Shown here: one piece after another, positions 25,340-34,159 of the stretch
Layout: every line of letters starts with the position of its first letter
Numbering within the stretch: position 1 is the stretch's first letter
Assembly: GCA_039024555.1 (NCBI GenBank)
Contig: JBCCQQ010000002.1
Span: forward strand, 128,001 to 192,000
Direction: 5' to 3'
Source of the DNA: Cyanobacteria bacterium P01_D01_bin.156
Lineage (GTDB): Bacteria; Cyanobacteriota; Cyanobacteriia; Phormidesmidales; Phormidesmidaceae
Length of the DNA stretch: 64,000 nucleotides
Translations under genes and position numbers: made by a program
The notes under the pieces: generated by a model
What the model was told of the DNA's origin: nothing
What the model saw: the letters and a program-made list of their open reading frames with translations, nothing else
The model's database searches: none

Positions 25340-26486
25340 CTTATCGACTGAACAGCATCAAGTTCCTGAGTATCCTTTGATTGCTCATCATACTGATATC
25401 GCACTGACCCAGCGTTGGCAAAGGCATTATCAAGGTCAGCGCCCTTGCTATGTATGTGTTCTAGGCTTTACAGAAACTGCTCTCATTGCAAAGATTTCGG
25501 CCGCAGGCAATAGCCCTACTGCTCGGATGACGACAGCCGTGGCGGATGCAGAGTTTATTTATCATGGTCCCAGCTTAAACCCACACTACACCCTACCTCC
25601 TCTACAGGCAGGGGTTTCACCAGCATTACTTGCCTACGCCATAATTGCAGGCCAAACTTTACCCACATATCTCTTCAATACAGGGCTTCCCAACACTCCT
25701 AGCGTTCCTCATATTGATGTGAACGGGAGCGTTGCCCAATGCGTTAGCTCTGGCAACGCCTTATCTCTACGAACAGTTCAACATCTCTTTCAAGCAGGCT
25801 TACACTGGGGCAGCATCCTGGGACGCCGGTTCTCTGGCAGTTACTTGATTGTGGGTGAATGTGTGGTGGCCGGTACAACCACCGCCCAAGCCGTACTCAC
25901 AGCCTTGGGACTTGATGTAGCGGGATTCATGGGAAGCAGTCACCCTAAATGTAACCATTCCCAGAAAATGGACCTGATTGAAACAGGATTAAGTAACAGC
26001 CAGCCTGAGATAGATTCGGTATGGGCTGCGATCGCAGCCGTCGGCGATCCAATGCAACCATTTACCCTAGGTATGACCATCGCTGCAAGTCACAACAGTG
26101 GAGTCCTGTTAGCAGGTGGTAGCCAAATGGTTGCAATATACACAATGCTGATGCAGCTTTATGAACATCACCCATGGAACAGAGAAAATGTGATCATTGG
26201 GACGACTCAGTGGATCGTTAACGATGCTACCAGTCAGTTTCTGGCATTAGCTGACATCGTCCCCACGCCCCCAATAATCAGCAGCAAGTTTTCATTCCAA
26301 GAATCTAACTATCCTCAGCTCAGCATTTTTGAAAAGGGGTATATCAAAGAAGGTGTTGGGGCAGGGGGATGTTTAATTGCAGGGCATTTACATCAAAACT
26401 GGTCGCAGCCAAAACTCCTACAAACAATGGAAACACTCTTAGAAAGCTGCCTACATATTTCCGCATCCCAACCCAATCACAATTAG
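25332..26486 (+). CDS. cobT: Nicotinate-nucleotide-dependent phosphoribosyltransferase CobT (TIGR00303-type)
   Basis: ISAAG; GECVVAGTTTA; VGDPMQ; LLAGGSQM; KEGVGAGG. Confidence 0.85.
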   Translation: MNSLSTEQHQVPEYPLIAHHTDIALTQRWQRHYQGQRPCYVCVLGFTETALIAKISAAGNSPTARMTTAVADAEFIYHGPSLNPHYTLPPLQAGVSPALLAYAIIAGQTLPTYLFNTGLPNTPSVPHIDVNGSVAQCVSSGNALSLRTVQHLFQAGLHWGSILGRRFSGSYLIVGECVVAGTTTAQAVLTALGLDVAGFMGSSHPKCNHSQKMDLIETGLSNSQPEIDSVWAAIAAVGDPMQPFTLGMTIAASHNSGVLLAGGSQMVAIYTMLMQLYEHHPWNRENVIIGTTQWIVNDATSQFLALADIVPTPPIISSKFSFQESNYPQLSIFEKGYIKEGVGAGGCLIAGHLHQNWSQPKLLQTMETLLESCLHISASQPNHN

Positions 26487-26502
26487 CAACGACTACACGC
26501 TT

Positions 26503-26883
26503 TTAGTGACCACGATAGGCCAACAGTTGCTCCTCCAATGCAGCAATCCGGTTATAAGCCGCCGTTAACTGAGCGGTTAAACGCTGCACTTGAATTTCAG
26601 GAGATAAAACCTGGCTACCCGACATTTGATCTATACCAAAATGAGGCTCATCATTCAGAATATCCTTATGATCAATCGCTTCTTCCAAGCCATTGATGGC
26701 CACCCTTTCAGGAGGACTAACACCAAACTTTGGTCGTCTCAAATCGCTACTGGAATCTTGACGTACCAGCAGGTCAGACACTTTACAATCAATCTGTTCT
26801 AACAGTTGATGCAAGGTATCGACACGATTTGACAAATGCACTACTTTTTCTGGAGCAATATCCATGGGCTGGCAAATTCTCAA
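26503..26883 (-). CDS. Hypothetical coiled-coil protein
   Basis: C-terminal PEIQVQRLTAQLTAAYNRIAALEEQLL coiled coil; divergent from patN-like gene. Confidence 0.75.
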   Translation of the reverse strand: MRICQPMDIAPEKVVHLSNRVDTLHQLLEQIDCKVSDLLVRQDSSSDLRRPKFGVSPPERVAINGLEEAIDHKDILNDEPHFGIDQMSGSQVLSPEIQVQRLTAQLTAAYNRIAALEEQLLAYRGH

Positions 26884-27500
26884 ATAACCCCTTCATCCTA
26901 AGAACGCCGGACCCAGTTGGAAAGCTTATTACTTATTGATTTAACCTTTGGTTGTCAAGCTTGGAATCATAGATAAATAGAATAGAAATCTTAGATTTTT
27001 GCCTATTTATCTACAGAAGATTTACAGATTTCGGTGAATTTGGCCGTCAGTAATAGAAGTCTGACAGCCGTTAGTCATGCTGTGGAGAAATTAATCAGCT
27101 TTTATTGAACATTACCGAATTTGAGAAGAATTTGAGAATGAAAAGGAGCTATCAACCTTGTCAAGGTGCAAGCTTTAAAGAGTAAACCATTCCAAAAACG
27201 AGAAAAGCCTAACTTTTTATTCATAGCTTTGAGAAACATTAGGGTATACTTCACGCAGTTATGACGTACATCCGAACACCTACCTAAAGAATAAAGCCTC
27301 ATAAAGCTGTTCCCTTTAATTGCGTGCGGTAGTATGAATAAGGCTTGACACCATAGTCAAACTCATATTCATATATGTAGTGATTTTGAAGAGATAGCTG
27401 GAATAAGGAGTCAAATAAGGCACTATTAGCCCATACAAATGCTAAAGGTTGTGACCACACTAATCATTATTTTGAGCTGTTGGGGGCAGTGAATTAATCA

Positions 27501-28184
27501 ATGTCACCCAGATCTTCAATGACTGATACAACTGCATTCGTGGCAGGATGTGCCACGACAGGTGTTGCTGTCTTAGTGTTGTTGCTAGCAAGAGTTGGGT
27601 TTCAAACCTCTACACCAACAGTAGAGTCAAGTGCTCCACCGCCAGAAACAGTCGTTCCGGTTCCTCAATCTCCCGTACAGTCCCTGGATGATGGCCTTAG
27701 TGAAGACATTAAGCAAGAATTAGACCGCCAGCGAGATCTAACAGCTAAGCTAGAAAATCAGCTAGTACAGCAGGAAATGCTGGCTCGAAACCTGGAAAAT
27801 CAGCTTAAACAGCAACAGGAAGAGACTCGGGCTGTACTTTCACAGCTGAGGGAATATCAGCGTTCAGTAGACACATTATCGTTGCAAAATGGTCAACTGG
27901 CGGCGGCTCAATCGAATCAGACGCAGCAATCTTCTAATATCCAAACCATCCTGCTTTGGATGGGTGGAGGTTTGCTATTGGTAATGGTTGTAGGAGGAGG
28001 GATTATCCTTCTCTGTTTGGTATTTGTTTCTGGGCGACGGCGTGAAGAGCGTTCTGTTCCAGTGGTATATCCATTTCAGATGCCCGTTCCCCCTAGTGGG
28101 TATCGATACTATGAGCAAGAATTTTTACCGCCACCCAATATGCGACCTAAACGAGCCAACGCCACTTATTACGATGTGGAATAG
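27501..28184 (+). CDS. PatN-like membrane protein (heterocyst differentiation-related family)
   Basis: N-terminal TM (AFVAGCATTGVAVLVLL), Pro-rich segment, Q-rich coiled coil, Gly-rich TM, tail RSVPVVYP..EFLPP..YD; matches recalled Nostoc PatN architecture. Confidence 0.6.
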   Translation: MSPRSSMTDTTAFVAGCATTGVAVLVLLLARVGFQTSTPTVESSAPPPETVVPVPQSPVQSLDDGLSEDIKQELDRQRDLTAKLENQLVQQEMLARNLENQLKQQQEETRAVLSQLREYQRSVDTLSLQNGQLAAAQSNQTQQSSNIQTILLWMGGGLLLVMVVGGGIILLCLVFVSGRRREERSVPVVYPFQMPVPPSGYRYYEQEFLPPPNMRPKRANATYYDVE

Positions 28185-28426
28185 GGTGTACACAATCCGA
28201 TCTTGATGACGGACAGTTCAGAGAGTATGAATGCTTATGAGAGGTAAGCGTTCAGCATTAGTGCTCAGAGAATTCTCTTTACGTCAAACCCATAGAATAG
28301 AAGCCACAAAATCAGCAATCACCCTGTTGGCTGCCAAATAAGTAAATGTAAGGATGATCACCATAAGGAAGCAGCTAAAACACTCGCTTCTGCCATTGTT
28401 GTTTCTAGTTAAAAGGACTTATGGTT

Positions 28427-28585
28427 ATGTCCAAGCGCAATCAGACATCTCAAAAAGTTTTATGGCAACCTATTTCTGGTAAGCAATCAGAAGTTGTAAG
28501 GGGTGGCTTCGGATTTAGTTCTGGAACTTCACCTTCAGGCAACTCTTGGTGTGCACAGACGAAGAACATCATATTTTTACGTTAG
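28427..28585 (+). CDS. Double-glycine leader peptide precursor 1 (52 aa)
   Basis: MSKRNQTSQKVLWQPISGKQSEVVRGG|FGFSSGTSPSGNSWCAQTKNIIFLR*; AAAAGGA upstream; in-frame ATG also at 28421; paralog of next two ORFs. Confidence 0.85.
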   Translation: MSKRNQTSQKVLWQPISGKQSEVVRGGFGFSSGTSPSGNSWCAQTKNIIFLR

Positions 28586-28669
28586 GCACAAACATCTTTT
28601 CAGTAGAGGTACGCCACATCCAGTGCAGTAGCCTTTTAATTTCCAAGATAAGGTAAAAAAGTTTTGGAA

Positions 28670-28712
28670 AGTCAAGCTAGGATTCCAGCGATACAGGGAT
28701 CCTAGTTTGACT
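28670..28712 (+). terminator. Hairpin downstream of precursor 1
   Basis: AGTCAAGCTAGGATTCC-9 nt-GGGATCCTAGTTTGACT (with G-U pairs). Confidence 0.6.
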
Positions 28713-29031
28713 ATTAGTGAATAACAGTTAACCCTATCTCACCTATGTAGGCTCAAAGGTAACACCCAAATTCGACCTAGGAATAAAAATGAGACAGTTA
28801 ACGACATGGCTGGATTACGGAAAATACAGAGACTGATTAGGAGAAATTATCAAGCGTTTATGGTCGCTCAGGTCTCTTTACCTTAGACACATAAAACACC
28901 AGTCACACGCTCAGCACTGCTACCCTTACTCAACCGAAGTGGAAATGCCAACATAGTTGACATGGAAAAGATACGCTAAAGCGCTTAATCCCGTCACTGT
29001 TCTTTCTACTTGAAAAGGTACAAGTTCTAAC

Positions 29032-29178
29032 ATGTCTAAGCAAAACCAATCTTCTAAAGAAGCTCTCTGGAAGCCCCTTTCCAATCAACAAGCAGAAGTT
29101 GTAAATGGTGGGTTGTTTCGGAGTTATTGTAACCGCACAAAAAAATCGATGTACCGTTGGCACAACTACGGGCAGTGA
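29032..29178 (+). CDS. Double-glycine leader peptide precursor 2 (48 aa)
   Basis: MSKQNQSSKEALWKPLSNQQAEVVNGG|LFRSYCNRTKKSMYRWHNYGQ*. Confidence 0.85.
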   Translation: MSKQNQSSKEALWKPLSNQQAEVVNGGLFRSYCNRTKKSMYRWHNYGQ

Positions 29179-29222
29179 GCAGAGTGGATTCAATGTGGCA
29201 AGGTTAAAATAATTACTAAACC

Positions 29223-29264
29223 AACGCTTGAATTTCGACAGTCTCGAAACTCAAGCGTTTTTTT
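29223..29264 (+). terminator. Intrinsic terminator downstream of precursor 2
   Basis: AACGCTTGAATTTCGA-cagtc-TCGAAACTCAAGCGTT then T-run. Confidence 0.75.
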
Positions 29265-29605
29265 AATGGCTAATTTAGACGATAGTGAACTATTTATGTA
29301 GAAACGGCCTAACAAAAAGGCCAACTGTCACATGGGTAAAACATCCATTCTTTAGTCAATACTCCGCAGCAAAGCCCTTATCAATGTGTGGAATAATTAC
29401 GTTCACCACAGATAGTCAGAATTGAAAGTAGAACTGGTTGCACAACGAAATATATGGAGGTCTGTGAAGCATTCATATTTGAAGAATCCTCTTTACACAA
29501 ATCCCATAAAGCACCCGCCAAAGATTCAGTGAACACACACTGACCTTATGAAGGTATAAATGCGAACATAGTTTTGCAAGTGATGTTCACCAAGATATAC
29601 GCTCT

Positions 29606-29770
29606 ATGTTCAAACATAACCAGTCATCGAAAACAGTTCTTTGGCAGCCTCTATCTAACAAACAAGAAGAAACCTTAAAGGGTGGCGGACGCCGTCGTGG
29701 CAGGAGTTATCAGTACAACGATTGGTGTGGTCGGACAAGGAAGGTCATGATTAAAACCGGTCGTAGCTAG
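29606..29770 (+). CDS. Double-glycine leader peptide precursor 3 (54 aa)
   Basis: MFKHNQSSKTVLWQPLSNKQEETLKGG|GRRRGRSYQYNDWCGRTRKVMIKTGRS*. Confidence 0.85.
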   Translation: MFKHNQSSKTVLWQPLSNKQEETLKGGGRRRGRSYQYNDWCGRTRKVMIKTGRS

Positions 29771-29912
29771 TTGCTACTTTGAGTCCTCTCGACGAGTGAG
29801 GGTTAGGTAAGAAAAATTGCATTGATATAGTTGGGGTCACTACTCTGATAGAACTCCAGCTTTTTCATATGCTACTTAAGAAATTAAGGGACTTTAATCG
29901 CCTAGTTTTCAA

Positions 29913-29983
29913 AGGCGGCACCCAGATTCGAACTGGGGATAAAGGATTTGCAATCCTCTGCCTTACCACTTGGCCATGCCGCC
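29913..29983 (-). tRNA. trnC: tRNA-Cys (GCA)
   Basis: Minus strand GGCGGCATGGCCAAGTGGTAAGGCAGAGGATTGCAAATCCTTTATCCCCAGTTCGAATCTGGGTGCCGCCT; cloverleaf, GCA anticodon, no encoded CCA. Confidence 0.97.
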
Positions 29984-30097
29984 GAATTGCCGAATTTCAA
30001 TATATCAAATTCTCGTCGCGTTCTAACTTAGGATTCAGTCGTAGGTCGCCTTTTTCTTGAAGTAGGGAGAAAATCAGTCTTCAACAACGCCATCTCG

Positions 30098-30973
30098 CTA
30101 TCTAATTTTGGCTAAAAGTTCATCAACCATTCGGTTAGCCTGGGCTTCGTAACCACCGCCAAATAGATTGAAATGGTTAACAATGTGATACAGGTTGTAG
30201 AGCGTTTTCCGTAGGGAATACCCGGATGACAGGGGATAAGATGCTTCATAGGCATCGTAGAAAGCTTTTGGGAAGCGACCAAATAGCTCGGTCATCGCTA
30301 AATCGACTTCACGATCGCCATAGTACATAGCCGGATCAAAAATCACTGGCTCTCCTGCTGTAGTAATGGCCGCATTTCCGGACCAAAGGTCACCATGCAC
30401 AAGAACAGGCACTGGATCATGACCTGCTAACAGGTCCGGTAAGGCATCTAATAACCGTTGTTGCTTTGGAAATGAACCACCCCGGCGTTTAGCTAAACGA
30501 AACTGATACCCTAAACGCTGATCGCGCCAAAAACTTAACCAGCTTTCTTGCCAGTCATTAGGTTGATGAGTTTCACCAATGGTATTCGCTCGATGCCAGC
30601 CAAACCCCAAATCGCTGGATACACGATGCATGGCTGCCAAGTGCTGCCCCATAGTGCTCCAGGCATTGCCACCACCAAGATTCAACCATTCCATAACGAT
30701 GTAGGAACTACCGCCAGCTAACCCTACACATAGCGGCTGGGGTACACGGATAGTTTGGCTGTTATACATATCTTTAAGGCCCGCCAGCTCTGCTTCAAAC
30801 ATTGCGAGCTTACTGGCCTGATTGAGCTTCACAAAGAAATTTCTCTGACCATCACTAACTTGATAAGCCTGGTTGATACAGCCACCACCAATGGAGGTTG
30901 TGTCCGCAACAACAAACGCTTGCCCGGTTATTTGGCGAATGTGCGCGGCAATATCTACCCAAATGACAGCCAT
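30098..30973 (-). CDS. Fructosamine kinase family protein
   Basis: GGGCINQAY; FFVKLN; LVHGDLWSGN; IFDPAMYYGDREVDLAM. Confidence 0.93.
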   Translation of the reverse strand: MAVIWVDIAAHIRQITGQAFVVADTTSIGGGCINQAYQVSDGQRNFFVKLNQASKLAMFEAELAGLKDMYNSQTIRVPQPLCVGLAGGSSYIVMEWLNLGGGNAWSTMGQHLAAMHRVSSDLGFGWHRANTIGETHQPNDWQESWLSFWRDQRLGYQFRLAKRRGGSFPKQQRLLDALPDLLAGHDPVPVLVHGDLWSGNAAITTAGEPVIFDPAMYYGDREVDLAMTELFGRFPKAFYDAYEASYPLSSGYSLRKTLYNLYHIVNHFNLFGGGYEAQANRMVDELLAKIR

Positions 30974-31002
30974 GATCTAGGCTCCTGACTTTTAGATGAG
31001 TG

Positions 31003-32310
31003 TTAGTTACTCTCAGGTTGCAATCTTAGAACACCGTAGGCATTGACCGGTAAATAACGCTTTACTGCAGCCTGAATCGCATCGGCATCGACTGTTTGGA
31101 TCGACCTAGGGTAGTTCAATGCATTCTCAATATCGCCAGTCATGGCGTGATAGTAACCATACATGTTGGCGCGATCGCTAGACGTTTCATTACCAAAGAC
31201 GTATCGATTAGCTACCTGAGTTCTCACCCGTCGTAGCTCAGCCTCGCTGACGGGTAAATTATGGAGTCGCTGAATATGCTCTAACACAGCCTTCTCCGCA
31301 GCTTCTAAACGGTCTACTGGTAGATGAGCAGAAATGTAAAATACTCCTTGCTCACCGTAGGTAATGTTGCTGGTGGAGATGCTGTTGACTAAGCCGCGAG
31401 TCTCCCGCAGATCCCGCACTAATCGGGCTGTACGCCCTTGGCCAAGGATTGAAGCCAAAACATCCAACGCATAGGTTTCTGAAAGCTGTTTCAGCCCTGG
31501 TACTCGCCAACTGAGTACTAAACGGGCCTGCTTTAATGTGGCATCCACATAATCTGCACGGGCAATGGATTGGAAGGGTTTTTCAAGGGAAGTAATAGGC
31601 ACTCCCTCTAGGGGCTCTCGAAGACTGTGTTGATGACGACGGGCCAGGGCCTTTTCAAAACTTTCTTCAACCGTTGCAATCAGCTGATCTACAGGCAAAT
31701 CGCCTACGACAACAGCGGTCATATTCTGAGGCTGATACCAGCGACGATGAAAGTCACGCATTTGCTCAGCCGACAGATTTTCAATTACTGATGTCGGCCC
31801 TAGTACAGGACGCCGATAGGGCAAATGTTCAAAGTTCAGCGCCATGGAGTGCTGAAAAATACGCCGCTTAGGATTGTCTTCGGACCGTCGAATCTCCTCT
31901 AAAATAACGGGCCGTTCTCGTTCAAAATCACTGTCGCTTAAATTGGCATTGAGCAAAAGCTCAACCTGTAGCGGAGCCAATTTTGAAAAGTCCTTAGGAG
32001 TCGTCGTAATGTAATAGTGAGTATAGTCTTGGCTTGTCGCTGCATTCGTGATCGCGCCTCGTTCTTCGATCAAACGCTCAAATTCACCACATTGCAGCTG
32101 GGGAGTGCCCTTAAAAATCATATGCTCTAAAAAGTGAGCCATACCGTTAATGGCATCGGATTCTACCCACGATCCCACTCGCAGCCAAATGTTTAGATTA
32201 ATCGCAGCAGTTGACATGTGCTCCGCAATAATCGTGAGCCCATTCGGCAAACGTTTAACAACAGGCTGATGGGTGAGTCGGGAGGGGGCTGGCGTCGCAA
32301 CCATGGGCAA
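31003..32310 (-). CDS. M16 family zinc peptidase (pitrilysin-like)
   Basis: GMAHFLEHMIFKGT (HXXEH); NAATSQDYTHY. Confidence 0.93.
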   Translation of the reverse strand: MPMVATPAPSRLTHQPVVKRLPNGLTIIAEHMSTAAINLNIWLRVGSWVESDAINGMAHFLEHMIFKGTPQLQCGEFERLIEERGAITNAATSQDYTHYYITTTPKDFSKLAPLQVELLLNANLSDSDFERERPVILEEIRRSEDNPKRRIFQHSMALNFEHLPYRRPVLGPTSVIENLSAEQMRDFHRRWYQPQNMTAVVVGDLPVDQLIATVEESFEKALARRHQHSLREPLEGVPITSLEKPFQSIARADYVDATLKQARLVLSWRVPGLKQLSETYALDVLASILGQGRTARLVRDLRETRGLVNSISTSNITYGEQGVFYISAHLPVDRLEAAEKAVLEHIQRLHNLPVSEAELRRVRTQVANRYVFGNETSSDRANMYGYYHAMTGDIENALNYPRSIQTVDADAIQAAVKRYLPVNAYGVLRLQPESN

Positions 32311-32406
32311 ACTAATATTGATTGATTTTGCTATTTCTTATTCTAGTCATCTAGGTACAGTAAAGTCTGGGTAAAAACAACCACCGCCATACGAGAGATA
32401 TCTGCT

Positions 32407-33105
32407 ATGGGCACTTGGATTAAGGAAACCGATAAAGCAATTTATTTGATGCAAGGAGGGTACTACATTTCTAAAATTTCTAAATATCCCTCTAAATCAA
32501 ACCCCAATGAAAAAGTGCTCAATATTAGCGGCATGAAATCATGGTTTCGTCGCTCAGATGCTCCCCGTGGGATGACCGTTTCCCAAACGGGGCCTGAACC
32601 TAAGCCCATCCCTAAGCCAACAACAGCTCCCGTTAATAGCGGTAGCTCATCCAGCACACGCCAGACCAATACCAGCGGTGTTGGTTTGATTAAATCTTTT
32701 GAGGGACTGCGACTGAGGGCTTATCAAGATGCCGTTGGTGTATGGACCATTGGTTATGGCACTACACGGGGTGTTAAGCCTGGTCAAGAAATTAGTGAGG
32801 CCCAGGCTGAAGCATTGCTAAAAACTGATCTCACTCGCTTTGAGAGCTCCGTTAACCAAGCTCTTCGAGTTCCTGTTAATGACAATCAGTTTGCTGCCCT
32901 AGTGTCGTTTACCTATAACGTGGGCTCGGGCGCAATGAGAAGCTCCACGCTCATGAGAAAGCTAAACCGACGCGATATTTACGGCGCTTCTAATGAGTTT
33001 CTTCGCTGGAATCGTGCTGGAGGCAGAGTGCTGGCAGGGCTTACCCGCCGCCGTAAAGCAGAACGAGCTTTATTTTTAGGCCAGGATTACCGCCGCTACT
33101 TATAA
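32407..33105 (+). CDS. GH24 (phage-type) lysozyme with extra N-terminal domain
   Basis: IKSFEGLRLRAYQDAVGVWTIGYG (E-x8-D-x5-T); QFAALVSFTYNVG; GLTRRRKAE. Confidence 0.93.
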   Translation: MGTWIKETDKAIYLMQGGYYISKISKYPSKSNPNEKVLNISGMKSWFRRSDAPRGMTVSQTGPEPKPIPKPTTAPVNSGSSSSTRQTNTSGVGLIKSFEGLRLRAYQDAVGVWTIGYGTTRGVKPGQEISEAQAEALLKTDLTRFESSVNQALRVPVNDNQFAALVSFTYNVGSGAMRSSTLMRKLNRRDIYGASNEFLRWNRAGGRVLAGLTRRRKAERALFLGQDYRRYL

Positions 33106-33228
33106 GATGGGCTACTCAAAAACTATCTGAAGGTTTCATAGCATCGTTTAATGTGCTTCGTTAGACGGTTTTCATGCTGACCGCAAAGCGTTATCCCATA
33201 TCCTGGGAAGGACACTCTCTTTCCCTAG

Positions 33229-34116
33229 ATGAACCGTACATTTCCTCGCTGGTTAGTTCCCTATGCATTTTTAGCCCCAGCCTTACTAGTGTTGGGGTTA
33301 ACCGTATTTTGGCCAGCCATACAGGCGTTCTATCTAAGCTTTACAGAATATGGCTACGACATTACCCAACCCCCTATATGGATTGGCTGGGACAATTTTA
33401 TTCGGCTGTGGAAAGATGAGCGGTTTTGGCAAACCCTTGGTAACACGCTAATTTACTTGCTCGGTGTTGTACCCATACTTGCGATCGCACCTCTACTATT
33501 GGCCATTTTGGTGAATCAAAAGCTCAAGGGCATTACCTGGTTCCGCATGGCTTATTACACACCAGTGGTCATTTCTATGGTGGTAGCTGGTATTGCTTGG
33601 CGCTGGCTCTATGCAGAAAATGGCCTATTTAATCAGGTATTAACGGGGCTTACCGGATACACCATCCGCATCCCTTGGCTAACCAGCCCGAACTTAGCCC
33701 TTTTCAGTGTCATGCTCGTCACCATATGGAAAGGCTTAGGCTATTACATGGTGATTTATCTAGCTGGACTCCAGGGCATTCCAGCTGACCTCTACGAAGC
33801 CGCTGCTATTGATGGCTCTGACCGCTGGCGCAAACACTGGGACATTACTATACCGCTGATGAAGCCTTACATGTTTCTAGTAGCTGTCATCTCTGCGATC
33901 GCAGCCACCAAGGTTTTTGAAGAGGTATATATCATGACCCAGGGAGGCCCCCGCAGCAGTTCTAAAACAGTGGTCTACTACGTCTATGAACAATTTATCG
34001 ATTTAGAAATCAGCTATGCCTGCACGATGGGACTGGCTCTCTTTATGGTTATTTTAGCCTTGTCTCTTATCCGATTACGCTTAGCCCCCGACGAATCAAA
34101 CAGCCCTCTTTTGTAA
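33229..34116 (+). CDS. Carbohydrate ABC transporter permease
   Basis: LAGLQGIPADLYEAAAIDG EAA loop; MTQGGP. Confidence 0.93.
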   Translation: MNRTFPRWLVPYAFLAPALLVLGLTVFWPAIQAFYLSFTEYGYDITQPPIWIGWDNFIRLWKDERFWQTLGNTLIYLLGVVPILAIAPLLLAILVNQKLKGITWFRMAYYTPVVISMVVAGIAWRWLYAENGLFNQVLTGLTGYTIRIPWLTSPNLALFSVMLVTIWKGLGYYMVIYLAGLQGIPADLYEAAAIDGSDRWRKHWDITIPLMKPYMFLVAVISAIAATKVFEEVYIMTQGGPRSSSKTVVYYVYEQFIDLEISYACTMGLALFMVILALSLIRLRLAPDESNSPLL

Positions 34117-34159
34117 GAACCGTCCAGGGAAACTGGCTAATCTTAAAAAATCGGAACGG

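Noticed and set aside
28930..29193. 87-aa minus-strand ORF in the ORF track
   Set aside because: Antisense shadow of precursor 2; the plus-strand frame is supported by paralogy, an RBS-like site and a terminator
29687..29770. PatS/PatX-like RG(S/T)GR signal in precursor 3
   Set aside because: Core has RGRS and KTGRS but not the exact RGSGR/RGTGR pentapeptide
28185..29913. Integrative element or CRISPR array in the apparent intergenic gap
   Set aside because: No integrase, no duplicated tRNA 3' end and no regularly spaced identical repeats seen
29869..30060. 63-aa plus-strand ORF
   Set aside because: Overlaps tRNA-Cys antisense; spurious
31003..32310. M16 peptidase (and neighbouring fructosamine kinase) as maturases of the peptide array
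   Set aside because: They lie on the other side of the tRNA and look like ordinary housekeeping genes; GG leaders are normally cut by C39 peptidases
32407..33105. Prophage around the lysozyme
   Set aside because: Flanked by housekeeping genes; no structural, holin or integrase genes
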